Positions 1 through 15,234 of a stretch of DNA of 64,000 nucleotides are shown piece by piece. Made by a program: the position numbers and the translations under genes. The first letter of the stretch is position 1, and every line of letters begins with the position of its first letter. The notes under the pieces are model-generated. The model did not search any database. It saw only the letters and a program-made list of their open reading frames with translations, and was not told the origin of the DNA. The DNA comes from Macrostomum lignano (Eukaryota): the NCBI GenBank assembly GCA_002269645.1, contig NIVC01000319.1, positions 613,871 through 677,870 on the forward strand, in the 5' to 3' direction.

Positions 1-1367
1 ACAAATAATTTACTAATATATTCTAGTATACACTTGCTAGACCTATCGCTATCTTGTTGACTATGTTCTATACTTTTGCTTCTATACTTTTGCTAGTTTT
101 GACTAAAAGTAAAAGTTAGTTTTACAAATTGTCAAGAATTGTCAAATAATTAATCATTGAGCTTGCTATTTGCTATTGATCTGCAATAATTTATTATAGC
201 TAGATTTGCCAGGTTGGCTAGTAGTTGTGCATATATTAGTACTATACTATACTCTAGGGTGTCCATACATTTTTTATTTCCAAATTCTAAGTTCTTTCCA
301 AGTTCACAATGACCCTTTTCTAGGTGGTTTCAGGTTACAAAGTGCCATTAACCAATTTAAAAATAGAAGTTGCAAACCTATTTTATAAGCAATTTTAGAA
401 TACTATCATTTTGGAAAAGAAGCTCTATTTCATGATAAAAAATTCATGCTACTATGTTGATTACTAAAAAAATCATACTTGACCATATTTTTTCCTTCAA
501 AAACATTTTACCAATATTTATACCTATCTTATGGATAGCAGTAGATATGACTGATTTAAATTATATATGTTTATACAAAATGTACAAAGTGAAAAAGGCA
601 TATAATTCTAAAAAAAAATAAGTTTAGATAAGCTATATACTAAATACTAATGTAAAAAGTTCAAGAGAAGCATTTAGAAATCAATGCAAAATTCATGAGG
701 AGGATTCTCTATGTTTATATGTCTGAATATTCTAGGACAAATTCTAAATGATTTACATAAAAATAAAATAGTTTAATAGGCCTATGACAGTTTGAATTTT
801 TTCTTAAATATACTTATGTATTAATCTTTTGATCGAATTTCTGAAATAAATTCTATCAAAGCATAAATCTTAAACAAAATAACTATAGTTTAATCTGATA
901 TTATAAAGTATCTCCTATCAGTAAAATGACCAACCCACCAAATTTTCCATTTTTTACTAAAGCCAAAGATGAAGCATATTTATTATAGAACTAACTTGTC
1001 CCCAAAACACATCACCAATATGACTTGTCACTGAAAAAACATTTATCCCTTCTTTTTTAGTTTTTTTTATAGGCTTTTTCTAAACTAAGATGTTTTTAGC
1101 CAGTTTTTCCTATCTCTAGGTCTTCCAAGTGCCCTTCTAAATTCTAAGTTTTTAAGTGTTTTATTCCAAGTAGATACCTAGAATCTTTTTGAAATTTATT
1201 AGGCCTAGCCCTTTAATTTAGTTTTATAACTTATTTAAAAGCATAATAAAATTCTTTAATTTATTACCAAACTTTTTTTTAAAAGTCAAAATTGTCAAAT
1301 GACAAATATTATAAGTCTTAAATTTTATAAATTACCCTTGGTTTAGACTTTAAGCCTATCATATTTG

Positions 1368-2062
1368 GAGACGTCGTCAAAATGGCCACACACAAAATAG
1401 CCACACTATCAAAATGGTCACATAAAACAAAAAGTATTGCAGGTCAACTTGTTCTACTCTTAATATTCTTTGATAAGCATAGCCTTTACTACAAATATTC
1501 TAAACCATTGTTATTCTTAAAGTAATACATCAGTGCTATTGAGTGCACTTTGTGTTGTTAATAATTTTAGCTTGGGTACTTGTACCATTTGCATCAAAAT
1601 GCAAAAGAAGTTAATGCATTGAGATATTGTGAAATTAATATGGACAACATGCATCCAAAAAGGGAGCACCAGAGAAGTGAAGACAAATTTGTATTTTGTG
1701 GAATGACTAGCAATTAGTTAAATGTTGTTGAAATGAAATGTTAAATGCATCACTTTGTAGACACTTTGGACAACTGTTATCCATTGTTTAAAAACAACAA
1801 TTGTTCATTAATTTACTGTCAAATACACAATTTGAAAAATGAAAAAACAAGTAAAACATTTTATATCAGAGATAACTATTACTAACTCCCATAAAGACAT
1901 TTTGCACTTCTATTACAAATTATTACATCTCTTGTCTGTCTATAAATTATTACATCTATATAACTTTTTGTTTTATGTGGCCATTTTGTTGTCTGGCCAT
2001 TTTGAAAATGTGGCCATTTTGTCATGTGGCCATTCCGCATATGGCCATTTTGACAGGCATCT
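1368..2062. mobile_element. Degenerate foldback/MITE-like DNA element with repeated sub-terminal motif TGTGGCCATTTTG
   Basis: 1368-1435 (agacgtcgtcaaaatggccaca...cataaaacaaaaagt) is an inverted match to 1963-2062 (actttttgttttatgtggccattttg...tggccattttgacaggcatct); no clean TSD. Confidence 0.55.
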
Positions 2063-2190
2063 ATAATTTGTTAGCTATATTGGCCAGGTTACATAGCAAT
2101 TATAATTTATTATATATTATATTTATATAGATTCACCAATTGGCAAACCTAGCTAGTCTGTATAGTTGACTTCTAATTTTATAGATGTTA

Positions 2191-2638
2191 GGTTTTGCAT
2201 ATTTAATTATTTTTCAAAATTTTAACAAAGTTTTAACAATAGAAAATAATAGAAAGTTTTAGATATTGTACTAATGCACCACCCAAAAAATAGCCTACGA
2301 TGTTGACTAAAAGTATTATATAGATAGCAACAGTGCTAAAGAAACTTGTTAAGGTAGATATTGAATAAAGCCTTAGAGGTGCTAGGCATGTACATAGCCC
2401 TTAAGTAGGCCTTAGTGCGGGCCCATGTACCTTCTATGGTGTTTGTATAGATATCTAGGTTATCAAGGTCTAGGGGTAGGCCTAGGGGCCTACAAAGTTT
2501 AAATGATTAGGCAGATAGTTGTAGGCTTGCCATTGGTCTAATATAATACATGATTTAGCAATTGGGCATGTTTAAATTGTTCAAATGTTAAAATTTGTTA
2601 AAATTTTAAAAAATAATTAAATAGGCCTATGCAAAACC
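2191..2638. repeat. Pair of ~50-bp inverted repeats (possible MITE remnant)
   Basis: 2191-2240 ggttttgcatatttaattatttttcaaaattttaacaaag... is the reverse complement of 2585-2638 apart from a small insertion and a few mismatches. Confidence 0.5.
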
Positions 2639-3388
2639 AAAGGATTGCTAGAAATTCTTTCTTAAATTCTAGGAAAACCCTAAAGCCCAACATTTTGATG
2701 GCAATTGTGAGATAGCTAATTATATCCCTAGAACTTCCTTCTATAACATAATTATACTTATAGGCCTATCATGAAATGTAACTTAAATTTTTCAATTTTT
2801 CATTTTAAATTTAATAAGGCTAGGCACTATTATTTAAAAACTAAGTACAGTAGAAAGGCCATTAGCTAAAATGAAATATAGTATAGTCTAGATTTCAAAT
2901 AAATAAATAGTGGAAAGGATGAAAAAGAATCAAGAAAAGGAAACAGGTAAAAAAGAAAAGCAAAAAAAATTAAACTTTACAGATGACCAAATTTTGTCTT
3001 AATTTTGATTTCAAAGTTTCAAAATTCAACATTTAAACTAGGCCCTAATGGCTAAAGGCAAAGCTAAAGACAAAGCTAGAATCGCTAGACTTCTAGAAAT
3101 TAAATAATGCTAGGCAGGCTCTGTTAAGTAAGTTATAATTTAATTTTGAAATCTGAGGTTGAATTTGGCTGAGTTGTATATGGTGAATTTATACTATTTA
3201 ATACTAACAGATAGACCAATAGATAGACGATAGAAGTAGCAAAGCAAGTCAAAGGCATGCTTTTGGCACTGGAATACGTTTCAAACGGCTATGCTATGCT
3301 AAATATGTTAGTGCCAGAACACAAGCTGATGATTGGTTTTTTGTTTGGCTGTCATAGCAGTATTGTGGATGTAGGATGTGGACTAGAG

Positions 3389-4006
3389 CCATAGTCAGGA
3401 AGGTGTCCAGTGTACGCCGGAATGAAAATTAAGAAAAAATGTTGTGTACGCCAAAATTGAAAAGCCCTAAAAAAGCGCTTTTTGACGTACGCCAAAATTT
3501 GAATAGCCCAAAAAAGCGTACGCCAAAATTTGCAACTTAAATCTTAACTTACCTGTATGTCATCTGTTGTAACGTGAAGAAATCTAAAATACTAAAGTAA
3601 TTATTGTACAGAATTAGTTAATAAGTTAAAATAAATAACTGACTTACACAAAACTTTAGTAAAGTTTTGTTAACAATAAATCAGATTTAAAATTTACGTA
3701 ATTTCAGCGTTTTAAAGATGAAAATAGATTTACCAATTCACTAAAATTGAACGATATACAATACTTTGTCGAAGTAATTGGGTTGTTTGCAGGTTTTTTA
3801 AACGTTTGTTCGTACGCCAATCACATGCAAATATTGTAGGCCGATTTTTGGACAGATTTTTGCATGCGAAAACTGTGTTGTGTACGCCAAGAACTCTGTA
3901 CGCCATTTTTCGGACCGCGTGTACGCGAAACTGTACGCCATTTTTTGGGGGGGGGGGCTGATGTACGCCGGAAAATTCCGGCGTACGGACACCTTCCTGA
4001 CTATGG
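3389..4006. mobile_element. Non-autonomous hAT-type DNA transposon (618-bp MITE)
   Basis: TIR ccatagtcaggaaggtgtcc(agt)gtacgccggaa mirrored at 3976-4006; perfect 8-bp TSD GACTAGAG (3381-3388 and 4007-4014) with central TA; about ten internal GTACGCC motifs. Confidence 0.85.
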
Positions 4007-4413
4007 GACTAGAGTACAGTGGTGGTTTCTTTGCTGCCTCAAAAAATTAGACGCTGCGGAGAAATTTGAATTTTCTGACGCTTTTTCTTCGAAACACTTG
4101 GCCGCGATTTTAAACAAATGCACTCTGTCTTCTCCTTCACATAGTCAGGCAGGCTTCTGGTAAACAGGGTGGGACAACTATTGTAGCAATGACTGAGGCT
4201 GACTGAGGCTTTTCGCGTTTATTTAAACATAATCGAAATCTATTATAGAATACCAAATTAACCATTTTCTGGCATTAGTGCGTAGATAAAAAGCCAAATA
4301 TTATCGAATCGATTTGAAAAATCTACTGTCTGAGTTTCTGTTTGCAAACTAGGCGAAACAGTATCGCAATTGCTTGTCTGTTTATTTGTCTGTCTTAGTG
4401 TCTGTCTTAGTAC

Positions 4414-4830
<417 letters not shown>

Positions 4831-4983
4831 TATCTGTCCGTCTGTCTACTTATTCAAAAGATTTCCAGGAACTCGAAGCCCGAGTGTAGTAAATGAGACT
4901 GCGTGGCGACCCCTTTGTATTTGGGAGAGGTTGCACAGTCAGCAGTGGTTACACATGGGAGCAGACAGGGAGCAGCAGAAGTG

Positions 4984-6906
<1,923 letters not shown>

Positions 6907-7341
6907 TCTGGGCCGAGGTGTCGCCAGCTCAGCGCTCAGCGTGAGGGGCTCAGCTTCCAGAGCTTATCAGCCAGCCGCCTTGGACTCTGGGCCAATCAGA
7001 GAGCGGCTGATGAGTAAATATTGATGAAGAATGCCGGGTGCCAGTCGCCCTCATTGCGGGGGCAGCCTGCCGGCTCAAGTCCCACGCAGCCTCTTATCGG
7101 GAATCGTGCTGCAGAGAATTGCTCTCAAATTATTAAGCTGACTCTGCACTTCTCATTCTGCAGTGGATGAAGGAGGCGCTGGGCCAAGAAGCTTCTTGCG
7201 CCTTGAGAATTTTACTATCGATTTGTTAGCCCTCTGGGGCTGGATTGGCCATCGAAAAATGGCTCTTCAGAAATAGGCAATTATCAACTCTGCTCTGCTA
7301 TTTTCTTACAAAGCATAAAAGCTATAGCAACGCTTTTTATC

Positions 7342-7669
7342 GCCAATAACCATATCTGCATAGCCAATAACCATATCTGCATAGCCAATAACCATATCTG
7401 CATAGCCAATAACCATATCTGCATAGCCAATAACCATATCTGCATAGCCAATAACCATATCTGCATAGCCAATAACCATATCTGCATAGCCATAAACATA
7501 TCTGCATAGCCAATAACCATATCTGCATAGCCAATAACCATATCTGCATAGCCAATAACCATATCTGCATAGCCATAAACATATCTGCATAGCCATAACC
7601 ATATCTGCATAGCCATAACCATATCTGCATAGCCAATAACCATATCTGCATAGCCAATAATATCTGCAT
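7342..7669. repeat. 21-bp minisatellite GCCAATAACCATATCTGCATA
   Basis: Read directly. Confidence 0.95.
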
Positions 7670-8065
7670 GGGTAATGTCGGTAATTTAAATAAAAAAATT
7701 CTTAGAAACAGAAAATTTGGAGCCATAAAAATGCATTGTGGGTGCCAAAATTTGCCACGGCCCGTCTCCAATGGCAACGCAGCCAGGCCCACCCCAAGCC
7801 TACCGCGCAGACCCGAGACAATGCGTGCTGGAATTGCTGTCGGCGCTTTTGCTGCAGCCTCTCCCGGCGCTTCTGGAAGAAGCTAGAAAATGAACTCCGT
7901 CACGCACTTGAGACGCGGGCAGAGAAGAACTTAACTTTGCAGTTTTGAGTCGGGCAACTGGGAGTCTTGGCTAGCGGAGCTTCTGAGTGAGCGCTGCCTG
8001 CATTTTCATTGGGAGTCAGTGGAGCTGGAGTGTTTGGGCATAAACTGCCCAAGATTTTGTAGGTG

Positions 8066-8705
8066 CAGGACAGGAACAGGACAGGAACAGGACAGGAACA
8101 GGACAGGAACAGGATAGGAACAGGACAGGAACAGGACAGGAACAGGATAGGAACAGGACAGGAACAGGATAGGAACAGGACAGGAACAGGACAGGAACAG
8201 GACAGGAATAGGATAGGAACAGGACAGGAACAGGACAGGAACAGGACAGGAACAGGACAGGAATAGGATAGGAACAGGACAGGAACAGGACAGGAATAGG
8301 ATAGGAACAGGACAGGAACAGGACAGGAACAGGACAGGAACAGGATAGGAACAGGACAGGAACAGGACAGGAACAGGACAGGAACAGGATAGGAACAGGA
8401 CAGGAATAGGATAGGAACAGGACAGGAACAGGACAGGAACAGGATAGGAACAGGACAGGAACAGGACAGGAATAGGACAGGAATAGGACAGGAACAGGAC
8501 AGGAACAGGACAGGAACAGGACAGGAACAGGACAGGAACAGGACAGGAACAGGACAGGAACAGGACAGGAACAGGACAGGAACAGGACAGGAACAGGACA
8601 GGAACAGGACAGGAACAGGACAGGAACAGGACAGGAACAGGACAGGAACAGAAGAGAGCGGGAACAGAACAGCGCGGGAACAGGACAGGACAGGGTGGGA
8701 ACAGG
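8066..8705. repeat. 11-bp minisatellite GACAGGAACAG
   Basis: Read directly; reverse complement of the unit at ~4600-4770. Confidence 0.95.
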
Positions 8706-9099
8706 ACTAAAAGAAGAAAATACAGGAGCAGAAAGCCAAGTGCAGCAAGCAGGGTTCGGGTTGGCAGGCTGACCCGAGTGCCATAAGCTGGCAGCCGGTG
8801 CTCTAAACCGCAGCTGCGACCCTCGCCGCCCGATTAAGCAATCGCTCAGTTAACTGGAAAACTGAGCAGCAACTAAAACAAAAACTCCGGGCGCTATGAA
8901 GCAGATCTCACCTGTGTTTTTATGGCCCCCCTTCCCCTCAGTCTGAGGCCGCGCGGGGCGGGCAAAACTGCGCACCCAGCAGCCCCTTTTCACTCCCTGC
9001 AATAATTCGCTGCTTTTGTTGCCCGGCGGCAAAAATATTTATTGAAAGCAAAAGTTGGGAGAAGGCAGTTTCTTAACGTTGCTGAGAAAATCCGCAGCC

Positions 9100-10797
9100 A
9101 TGGCCAAACTGGAGCCGCCGATACTGGCCAGGGCCTCCGTGGCTCTGCTGCTGCTGCTCAGCTTCTTCTTCCTCATCGTGGGAGTCGGCACCGCCTACTG
9201 GGGCATCCTGACTGTCAGCTACCTCAACCTGCCGCTGGTCAGCCAGGAGTTCCACTACCTGGGACTTTGGAGCGGACTGGAGCAACCGGCGCTAAGCCAC
9301 CTGGCTGGTGAGATTCCTGTTCGGTGGGGTGAGATTCCTGTTCGGTGGGTGAGATTCCTGTTCGGCGGGGTGAGATTCCTGTTCGGCGGAGTAAGATTTC
9401 TGTTCGGTGGAGTGAGATTCCTGTTCGGTGGAGTGAGATTCCTCTTAGGTGGAGTGAGATTCCTGTTCGGCGGGGTGAGATTCCTGCTAGATGGAGTGAG
9501 AGTCCTGTTCGTGGGGTGAGATTCCTGTTAGGCGGGGTGAGATTGCCATTCGGTGGGATGAGATTCCTAGACAGCAATCTGAGATTAGCGAAATGAAATT
9601 GCCAGCCAATCAGTCAGTGGAACTACTTTCTATTTCAGCTCATCAGCGGGCCGCCAGGGCGTTCGCTGTGCTCTCCATCATTGCCAGCCTCCTGTCGCTC
9701 TGCCTTTACGCAGCTTTGTGCATCGCGCAGCACCGCCGCCCAGCCTGGATGTCGCCGAATCTGGCGGCGCGCCTGCCGCTGCTCACCCTGGCTGAGATTG
9801 TCGTCACGTGTGCGTTGGATTTGTGATGCCCATTTGTGATTTGCAAGTCTCACCAACCCCCCTCCTCTCACCCACCCCACTCCTCTCACCCACCCCACTC
9901 TCACCCACCCCACTCCTCTCACCCACCCACTCCTCTCACCTACCCACTCCTCTCACCTACCCACTCCTCTCACCTACCCACTCCTCTCGCCCACCCCACT
10001 CCCTCTCACCCACCCCACTCCTCTCACCCACCCACTCCTCTCACCCACTCCACTCCTCTCACCCACCCCACTCCTCTTACCCACCCCACTCTCACCCACC
10101 CACGCCTCTGATCCACCCCACTCCGCCACCTCCAGCACTGCTGCAGCTGCTGCTGTGGAGCCTGATGGCCGGCCTCTACAACCGCTGGCGCCACGCGGTT
10201 GAGGCGGCCGCCGGACCGGCCGTCCAGACCTTCGGCCTGCTGGGCTTCTCCTTCGCCCTGGCCCTCATGGCCAACATCGGCCAGCTGGCCGCCCTGCCAG
10301 CTGTCTGGGCCGTCATCCGCCTGGGTGGCGAGGTCGGCATGGCCGCCGGGATTTCCACTGCGCCTCGACAGCCAACGACAGCGACTGGAAACGGAGGAGC
10401 GACAGCGGCAGCCTCGACGGCGGGCAGAGCGACAACGACGCGGATAGACGAACTGGCGGCAGCCGCCGCTGGCACGGGTGGCAATGTCCGGTTCCAGCGA
10501 TCCCGGCCGCCGGCGCCACCTCCGCCGCCTCCACCGACCACCGTACCGACGCCGATCCGCGTCGTTGACGCCCCCTCCGCGCTGCCGGCCTCGCCCACGA
10601 TCGACATCGACGCCGAATTGGAGGCTCGCCCGGCGACATCGCTAGAGGCAGCGGCCGCGGACGAGCACAGCGTGGAGAACGAGCTGATGCTGGAGCGGCT
10701 GCACCAGCTGACCAGCAGCTTCGGGTCCGAGGCCGGAGCCGCTGCCCCCACCGCCGCCCCAGCAGCCACAGATGAAGCGGCTGCAGATGAGGTGTGA
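9100..10797 (+). CDS. Claudin/PMP22/EMP-superfamily four-TM protein with long Ala/Pro-rich tail, ~346 aa; exons 9100-9307, 9639-9809, 10136-10797
   Basis: TM1 then W...GLW motif (AYWG...YLGLWSG); RAARAFAVLSIIASL (claudin TM2-like); LGFSFALA (G.SF.LA before TM4); junction phases 1/1 give 1041 nt in frame. Confidence 0.75.
9308..9580. repeat. ~21-bp minisatellite GGTGAGATTCCTGTTCGGTGG starting at the intron-1 donor
   Basis: First unit is the g|gtgag donor; many later units keep GGTGAG. Confidence 0.9.
9850..10110. repeat. CCCACT/CTCACCCACC low-complexity array in claudin-like intron 2
   Basis: Read directly. Confidence 0.9.
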
Positions 10798-12383
10798 AGT
10801 TCGAATCCTAAACTAAAAATCTACATACTCGACTTTTAAGAGCACAGCTGAATGAATCCAAATGTAAATTGCTGAGCATGCTCACCCTCCCAAGCCTGCA
10901 AGCCACTCATGAACTCTAATAATGGTGCATGACAGTGGGTGGCGGAAGCTGTGGAGATCAATAAGGAATGGGAGGCGACAATGGCACTCCTTCCTCAATA
11001 GCGTTTTGCTTCAGTGCAGCCGGCAGAAAACAGCCAACACAACTCAACAACAGTTTTGTACTTTTAGTACTTACGATCGCTATTGGATGAAATGTTCTAT
11101 CCCACTACTGAGCAGAGTAATTGCCGAGCGTTTGAACAGAAAAATACGAAAGAATTTTAAAAAAACGTGAAGGCTATAATTAAAACTAATGTCCAGCCTA
11201 AAGAAAGAATATTAACTGTTCGCTGGTGTTTCATAACTCTCTGATATTAATTAAGATTGTACTGCGGTTTTTATTGAGCCGCAATTGCAGACCTGTAAAT
11301 TACATAAAATACATGGCATTGATCATCAGTCAGTCAATTTGGCAATCAAACCGATCGAGCTGATAGTTGCCATTCACTGTAGCGACAGCCGCTCAAGGAC
11401 CACTGTAGTATAACAGGATCCTTGAAACTGAAAGATCGTGCAATTTTTGGAGGTCAATTTCATGGAGAAATACTGCATTTGATCTGGAGCAGTGAAGACT
11501 ATCATTATTTTATTTTGGCTTATTTTGCTTTTAGCCTAATTTTTATTTTACTCAATAATTATAGTTTTTAGTTTTTACTCATAAGCGGTGAGCAGAACTT
11601 TTTGTTTTGCTCTTTCTTGAATCAAGCATATAGTTGTAATAAAACATTTCCATGCTGGTATTCTTGATAGCCGTTGTGAGTTGCATTTCAACGCAGGTTA
11701 GTATAATACCTATCCTAATTCCTAGACCTGTCTAAATAATCGAATGTAGACCACAGATAATAAAACTGATGATTTCGTGACCAAGCTGACACGAAAACGA
11801 CAATACATCACTTTTGTTACCTATATTTAGATCGTTTGACGCATCCATGTTCGTTCACGCTACACTGTTCACGCACTCTATGGTTCAACTTCAATTGTTG
11901 TTTCTTTGGCCCGGCCAAGTTCTGCCAGGGGGGTTGGACCAGAGAAGTGAAGAAATGAAAAGAACTTATACTAACATGCTTTTTCTTCTGATGTACTTCT
12001 CTTTCTCGGGTTCTCGAAGATGTTCCTAGAAAATAGAACCCGCTGCTCCTGAAGAAGCTAGATAGCACCGCAGTACTACCTATCGATTTGCCTGAAATGA
12101 ACCTAAAACGTTGCCGTTACTTGGTAGGGTTGCTGCCACCTTGGTGTGCGGACTCGACGCGTCGGCAGAGTTGTCTATCCGTCACCTGAAAGAAAATTAA
12201 CAAAGTCGCTCGGAGCAAAGGCAAATCTGGAAAATGTCTCGACAGTCGATCGTCTTAGTAAATGCTGCTCGAACCTGAAAACCTGAAATGAGAGCGGAGA
12301 GCTCGGAGGCAGTGGCAGCTCCAATCTAGGAAGCTCCCGAACGCGGCTCGCGATCTGGAGAAAAACGGCTCTCAGATACTCCG

Positions 12384-12746
12384 TATTTATAGCCGAGCGG
12401 ACCCCCAAAAGTCACGTGAGTTTCATGCGGTGAGCGCGTGAAACTTCCTTATTTGGGCATTGGAATCATGCGGGCGACGCGTGATCCAAGGCCAACTTCC
12501 AAATAAGGCAACCCTGTCACGCAGGAGTGGCGTGACTCAAGGTCAGTGGCCACGCACAGAGTGCGTGCACAGTCACGTGCTTAGTCTGTGCTAAAAATAG
12601 AATCGTGGGCGGATGAGTCATCCTGTTTACTCCCTCTAGGCAGCCCTTACACTCCGCGCAGGTGATGAGTCATCCTGCTACGCCTCCTCAGCACGAGTGG
12701 GAAGACATTGAGTGTGGCTGCCCGCGCCCGCTCAGGCGATGAGTCA
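12384..12746 (-). promoter_or_regulatory. Immediate-early-type promoter: TATA, 2 Ets/CArG elements, 4 AP-1 sites, 2 E-boxes
   Basis: Minus-strand TATAAATA 12391-12384; TCACGTGA 12412; CCTTATTTGG 12447-12456 and CCAAATAAGG 12499-12508, each overlapped by ACTTCC; TGACTCA 12533; TGAGTCA 12614, 12666, 12740 (each within ATGAGTCAT); CACGTG 12574. Confidence 0.6.
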
Positions 12747-12933
12747 TTGGGCAGTAAACACATAGGCCCAGCACAGAGTATCTCTCACACTAGATCAGGT
12801 GGACTGAGCTACTGTGCAGCGGATCACAGCGCCCTTAGGGAAAGCTAGTGAATGCTGCTGAATAGCCAGTTAGCAGCCAGTCACTACACTTCTAGCTAGT
12901 TAAGATACGAGTAGGCCCAGCCCACAGATACTA

Positions 12934-13524
12934 CACTGTCCGTCAAAAGTTCCGGAACCCTTGCTACGATGTCTTCTAGCGGACATAATTTCAGTCCGTT
13001 TCAATTGTAACTTGATTCAAATGAAAGCTGCGGATCTCAGCTCCATGATGTGGTCAAGAAAAAGTTTATTCGAAGGAGCGCGTGTGAACAGGCCAGTGTT
13101 ATGTACATAAAGGTTAGAGAAAAAAAGTGAGGAAAAGACAAACAAGCAATTGACTCTCCCATGAAAGCTGACTGCACAAGAATCCATAAGAGCCTGTTGA
13201 TTTCAACACAAGTTTTGGCCATAGACTAATGTTAGCCAGGCTGAACACTGCGCGCAAACCGATTCCTTCCCATGTGTGTTTGCTCCATAGACTCAGCAAC
13301 CATATACAATTGCTTGTTTGTCTTTTCCTCACTTTTTTCTCTAACCTTTATGTACATAACACTGGCCTGTTCACACGCGCTCCTTCGAATAAACTTTTTC
13401 TTGACCACATCATGGAGCTGAGATCCGCAGCTTTCATTTTAATCAAGTTACAATTGAAACGGACTGAAATTATGTCCACTAGAAGACATCGTAGCAAGGG
13501 TTCCGGAACTTTTGACGGACAGTA
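12934..13524. mobile_element. Tc1/mariner-type MITE, 591 bp with ~219-bp near-perfect TIRs
   Basis: 12934-13152 mirrors 13307-13524; TA on both sides; ends cactgtccgtcaaaagttccggaac / gttccggaacttttgacggacagta. Confidence 0.9.
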
Positions 13525-14334
13525 TATAAGCACTGTGTTTGTAGTTTCTGTGGTTACAACTTTGGGCTTATGAACTTTTCACTACAAAACTCTATAAAAT
13601 ACAACAGAGTACATCTGCTCATGTTGTGCAATGCGCATGCTGCATTAAAATAATGGTAATCTTCACTGCCCCCGATCAAATTCAATCGTTGATTTTGTGA
13701 TAAAAAGGATCTTTTCCAGGAAATTCCTAAGCTACAAGATCTTTAAGCTTCGCGAACTATTATAGCTCGTACTACAGTGATTCTTATCCAAAATACAGCG
13801 GTTCGGTCATCAAGTCGACTGACAGAAGCAATGCCTGCAGTGTGTAAAATTTTGACTTGCATGCAGGTGGTTAAGGCACTTAAAATATTTGGACAGGTTT
13901 TTAAGCAGCAAATATCGAAACTGAGAAGCAATATCAGTAAGAAAACTCATCGCGACAACAGTTATTGCAAGGATGAGAGACAGCAGAAGAATCAGTTTCA
14001 GCCATTCATCTCTACAAAGAGACCGAAGCGTCAAGTTTCAAGCGTTCGGCCGCAATCCGCAGCTCTCCCTGAGTCAATCCTTACCCACGATGGCCTGCAG
14101 CAGCTTCTTGTAGTCCCCGGACATGCCCTTGATCCAGCGCCACAGAGTCTGCCCAGTAAGCTCCAAGAAGCACTTCTTGATCTGCACCATGTCGATCTAG
14201 CGGAGGTAAAGCCTCCTAAAGACATCCGGGTTATGACATCCAAATGTTAGCATAATCTGCTTAATTTTGATACACTTGGTTTAGGTTTCTGTGCAACCTG
14301 TGAGCAAGAGTACCACCTTGATAACTTGATAACT

Positions 14335-15234
14335 TCTCACCCACTCCACTACTCTCACCCACCCCACTCTCACCCACCCCACTCCACTCACCCACCCCAC
14401 TCTCACCCACCCCACTCTCACTCACCCCACTCTCACCCACCCCACTCCTCTCACCCACCCCACTCTCACCCACCCCACTCTCACCCACCCCACTCTCACC
14501 CACCCCACTCTCACCCACCCCACTCTCACCCACCCCACTCTCACCCACCCCACTCTCACCCACCCCACTCTCACCCACCCCACTCTCACCCACCCCACTC
14601 TCACCCACCCCACTCTCACCCACCCCACTACTCTTACCCACCCCACTCTCACCCACTCCACTACTCTCACCCACCACACTCTCACCCACCCCACTCTCAC
14701 CCACCCCACTCTCACCCACCCCACTCTCACCCACCCCACTCTCACCCACCCCACTACTCTCACCCACCCCACTCTCACCCACTCCACTACTCTCACCCAC
14801 CACACTCTCACCCACTCCACTACTCTCACCCACCCCACTCTCACCCACCCCACTCTAACCCACCCCACTCTCACCCACCCCACTACTCTCACCCACCCAC
14901 TCTCACTCACTCCACTACTCTCACAAACCCCACTCTCACCCACTCCACTACTCTCACCCACCCCACTCTCACCCACTCCACTACTCTCACCCACCCCACT
15001 CTCACCCACCCCACTCTCACCCACCCCACTCTCACCCACCCCACTCTCACCCACCCCACTCTCACCCACCCCACTACTCTCACCCACCCCACTCTCACCC
15101 ACTCCACTACTCTCACCCACCCCACTCTCACCCACCCCACTCCTCTCATCCACCCCACTCCGCCAACTCCAGCACTGCTTCTGCTGCTGCTGTGGAGCCT
15201 GATGGCCGGCCTCTACAACCGTATCGTGCACTGA
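14335..15234 (+). other. Duplicated piece of the claudin-like gene (intron-2 CCCACT array + first ~70 nt of exon 3) inside the last annexin intron
   Basis: 15160-15220 ccagcactgc..ctgctgctgtggagcctgatggccggcctctacaaccg matches 10132-10185, then reaches stop after RIVH. Confidence 0.75.

Larger units (their letters stand above)
1..3380. other. AT-rich, CpG-poor non-coding block, probably old decayed repeats
   Basis: No credible ORF; very few CG dinucleotides by eye; many TAG/CTA/TTAA words; sharp change at the CpG-rich element starting 3389. Confidence 0.6.

Noticed and set aside
1540-1830. Decayed zinc-finger or RING-like coding remnant inside the MITE
   Set aside because: Scattered Cys/His across frames with stops; no complete motif
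6907-11848. Immediate-early micro-exon spliced to the TRAF gene
   Set aside because: Donor is phase 1 and the cag|a acceptor needs phase 2; the only phase-1 site (aag at 6963) lacks a pyrimidine tract
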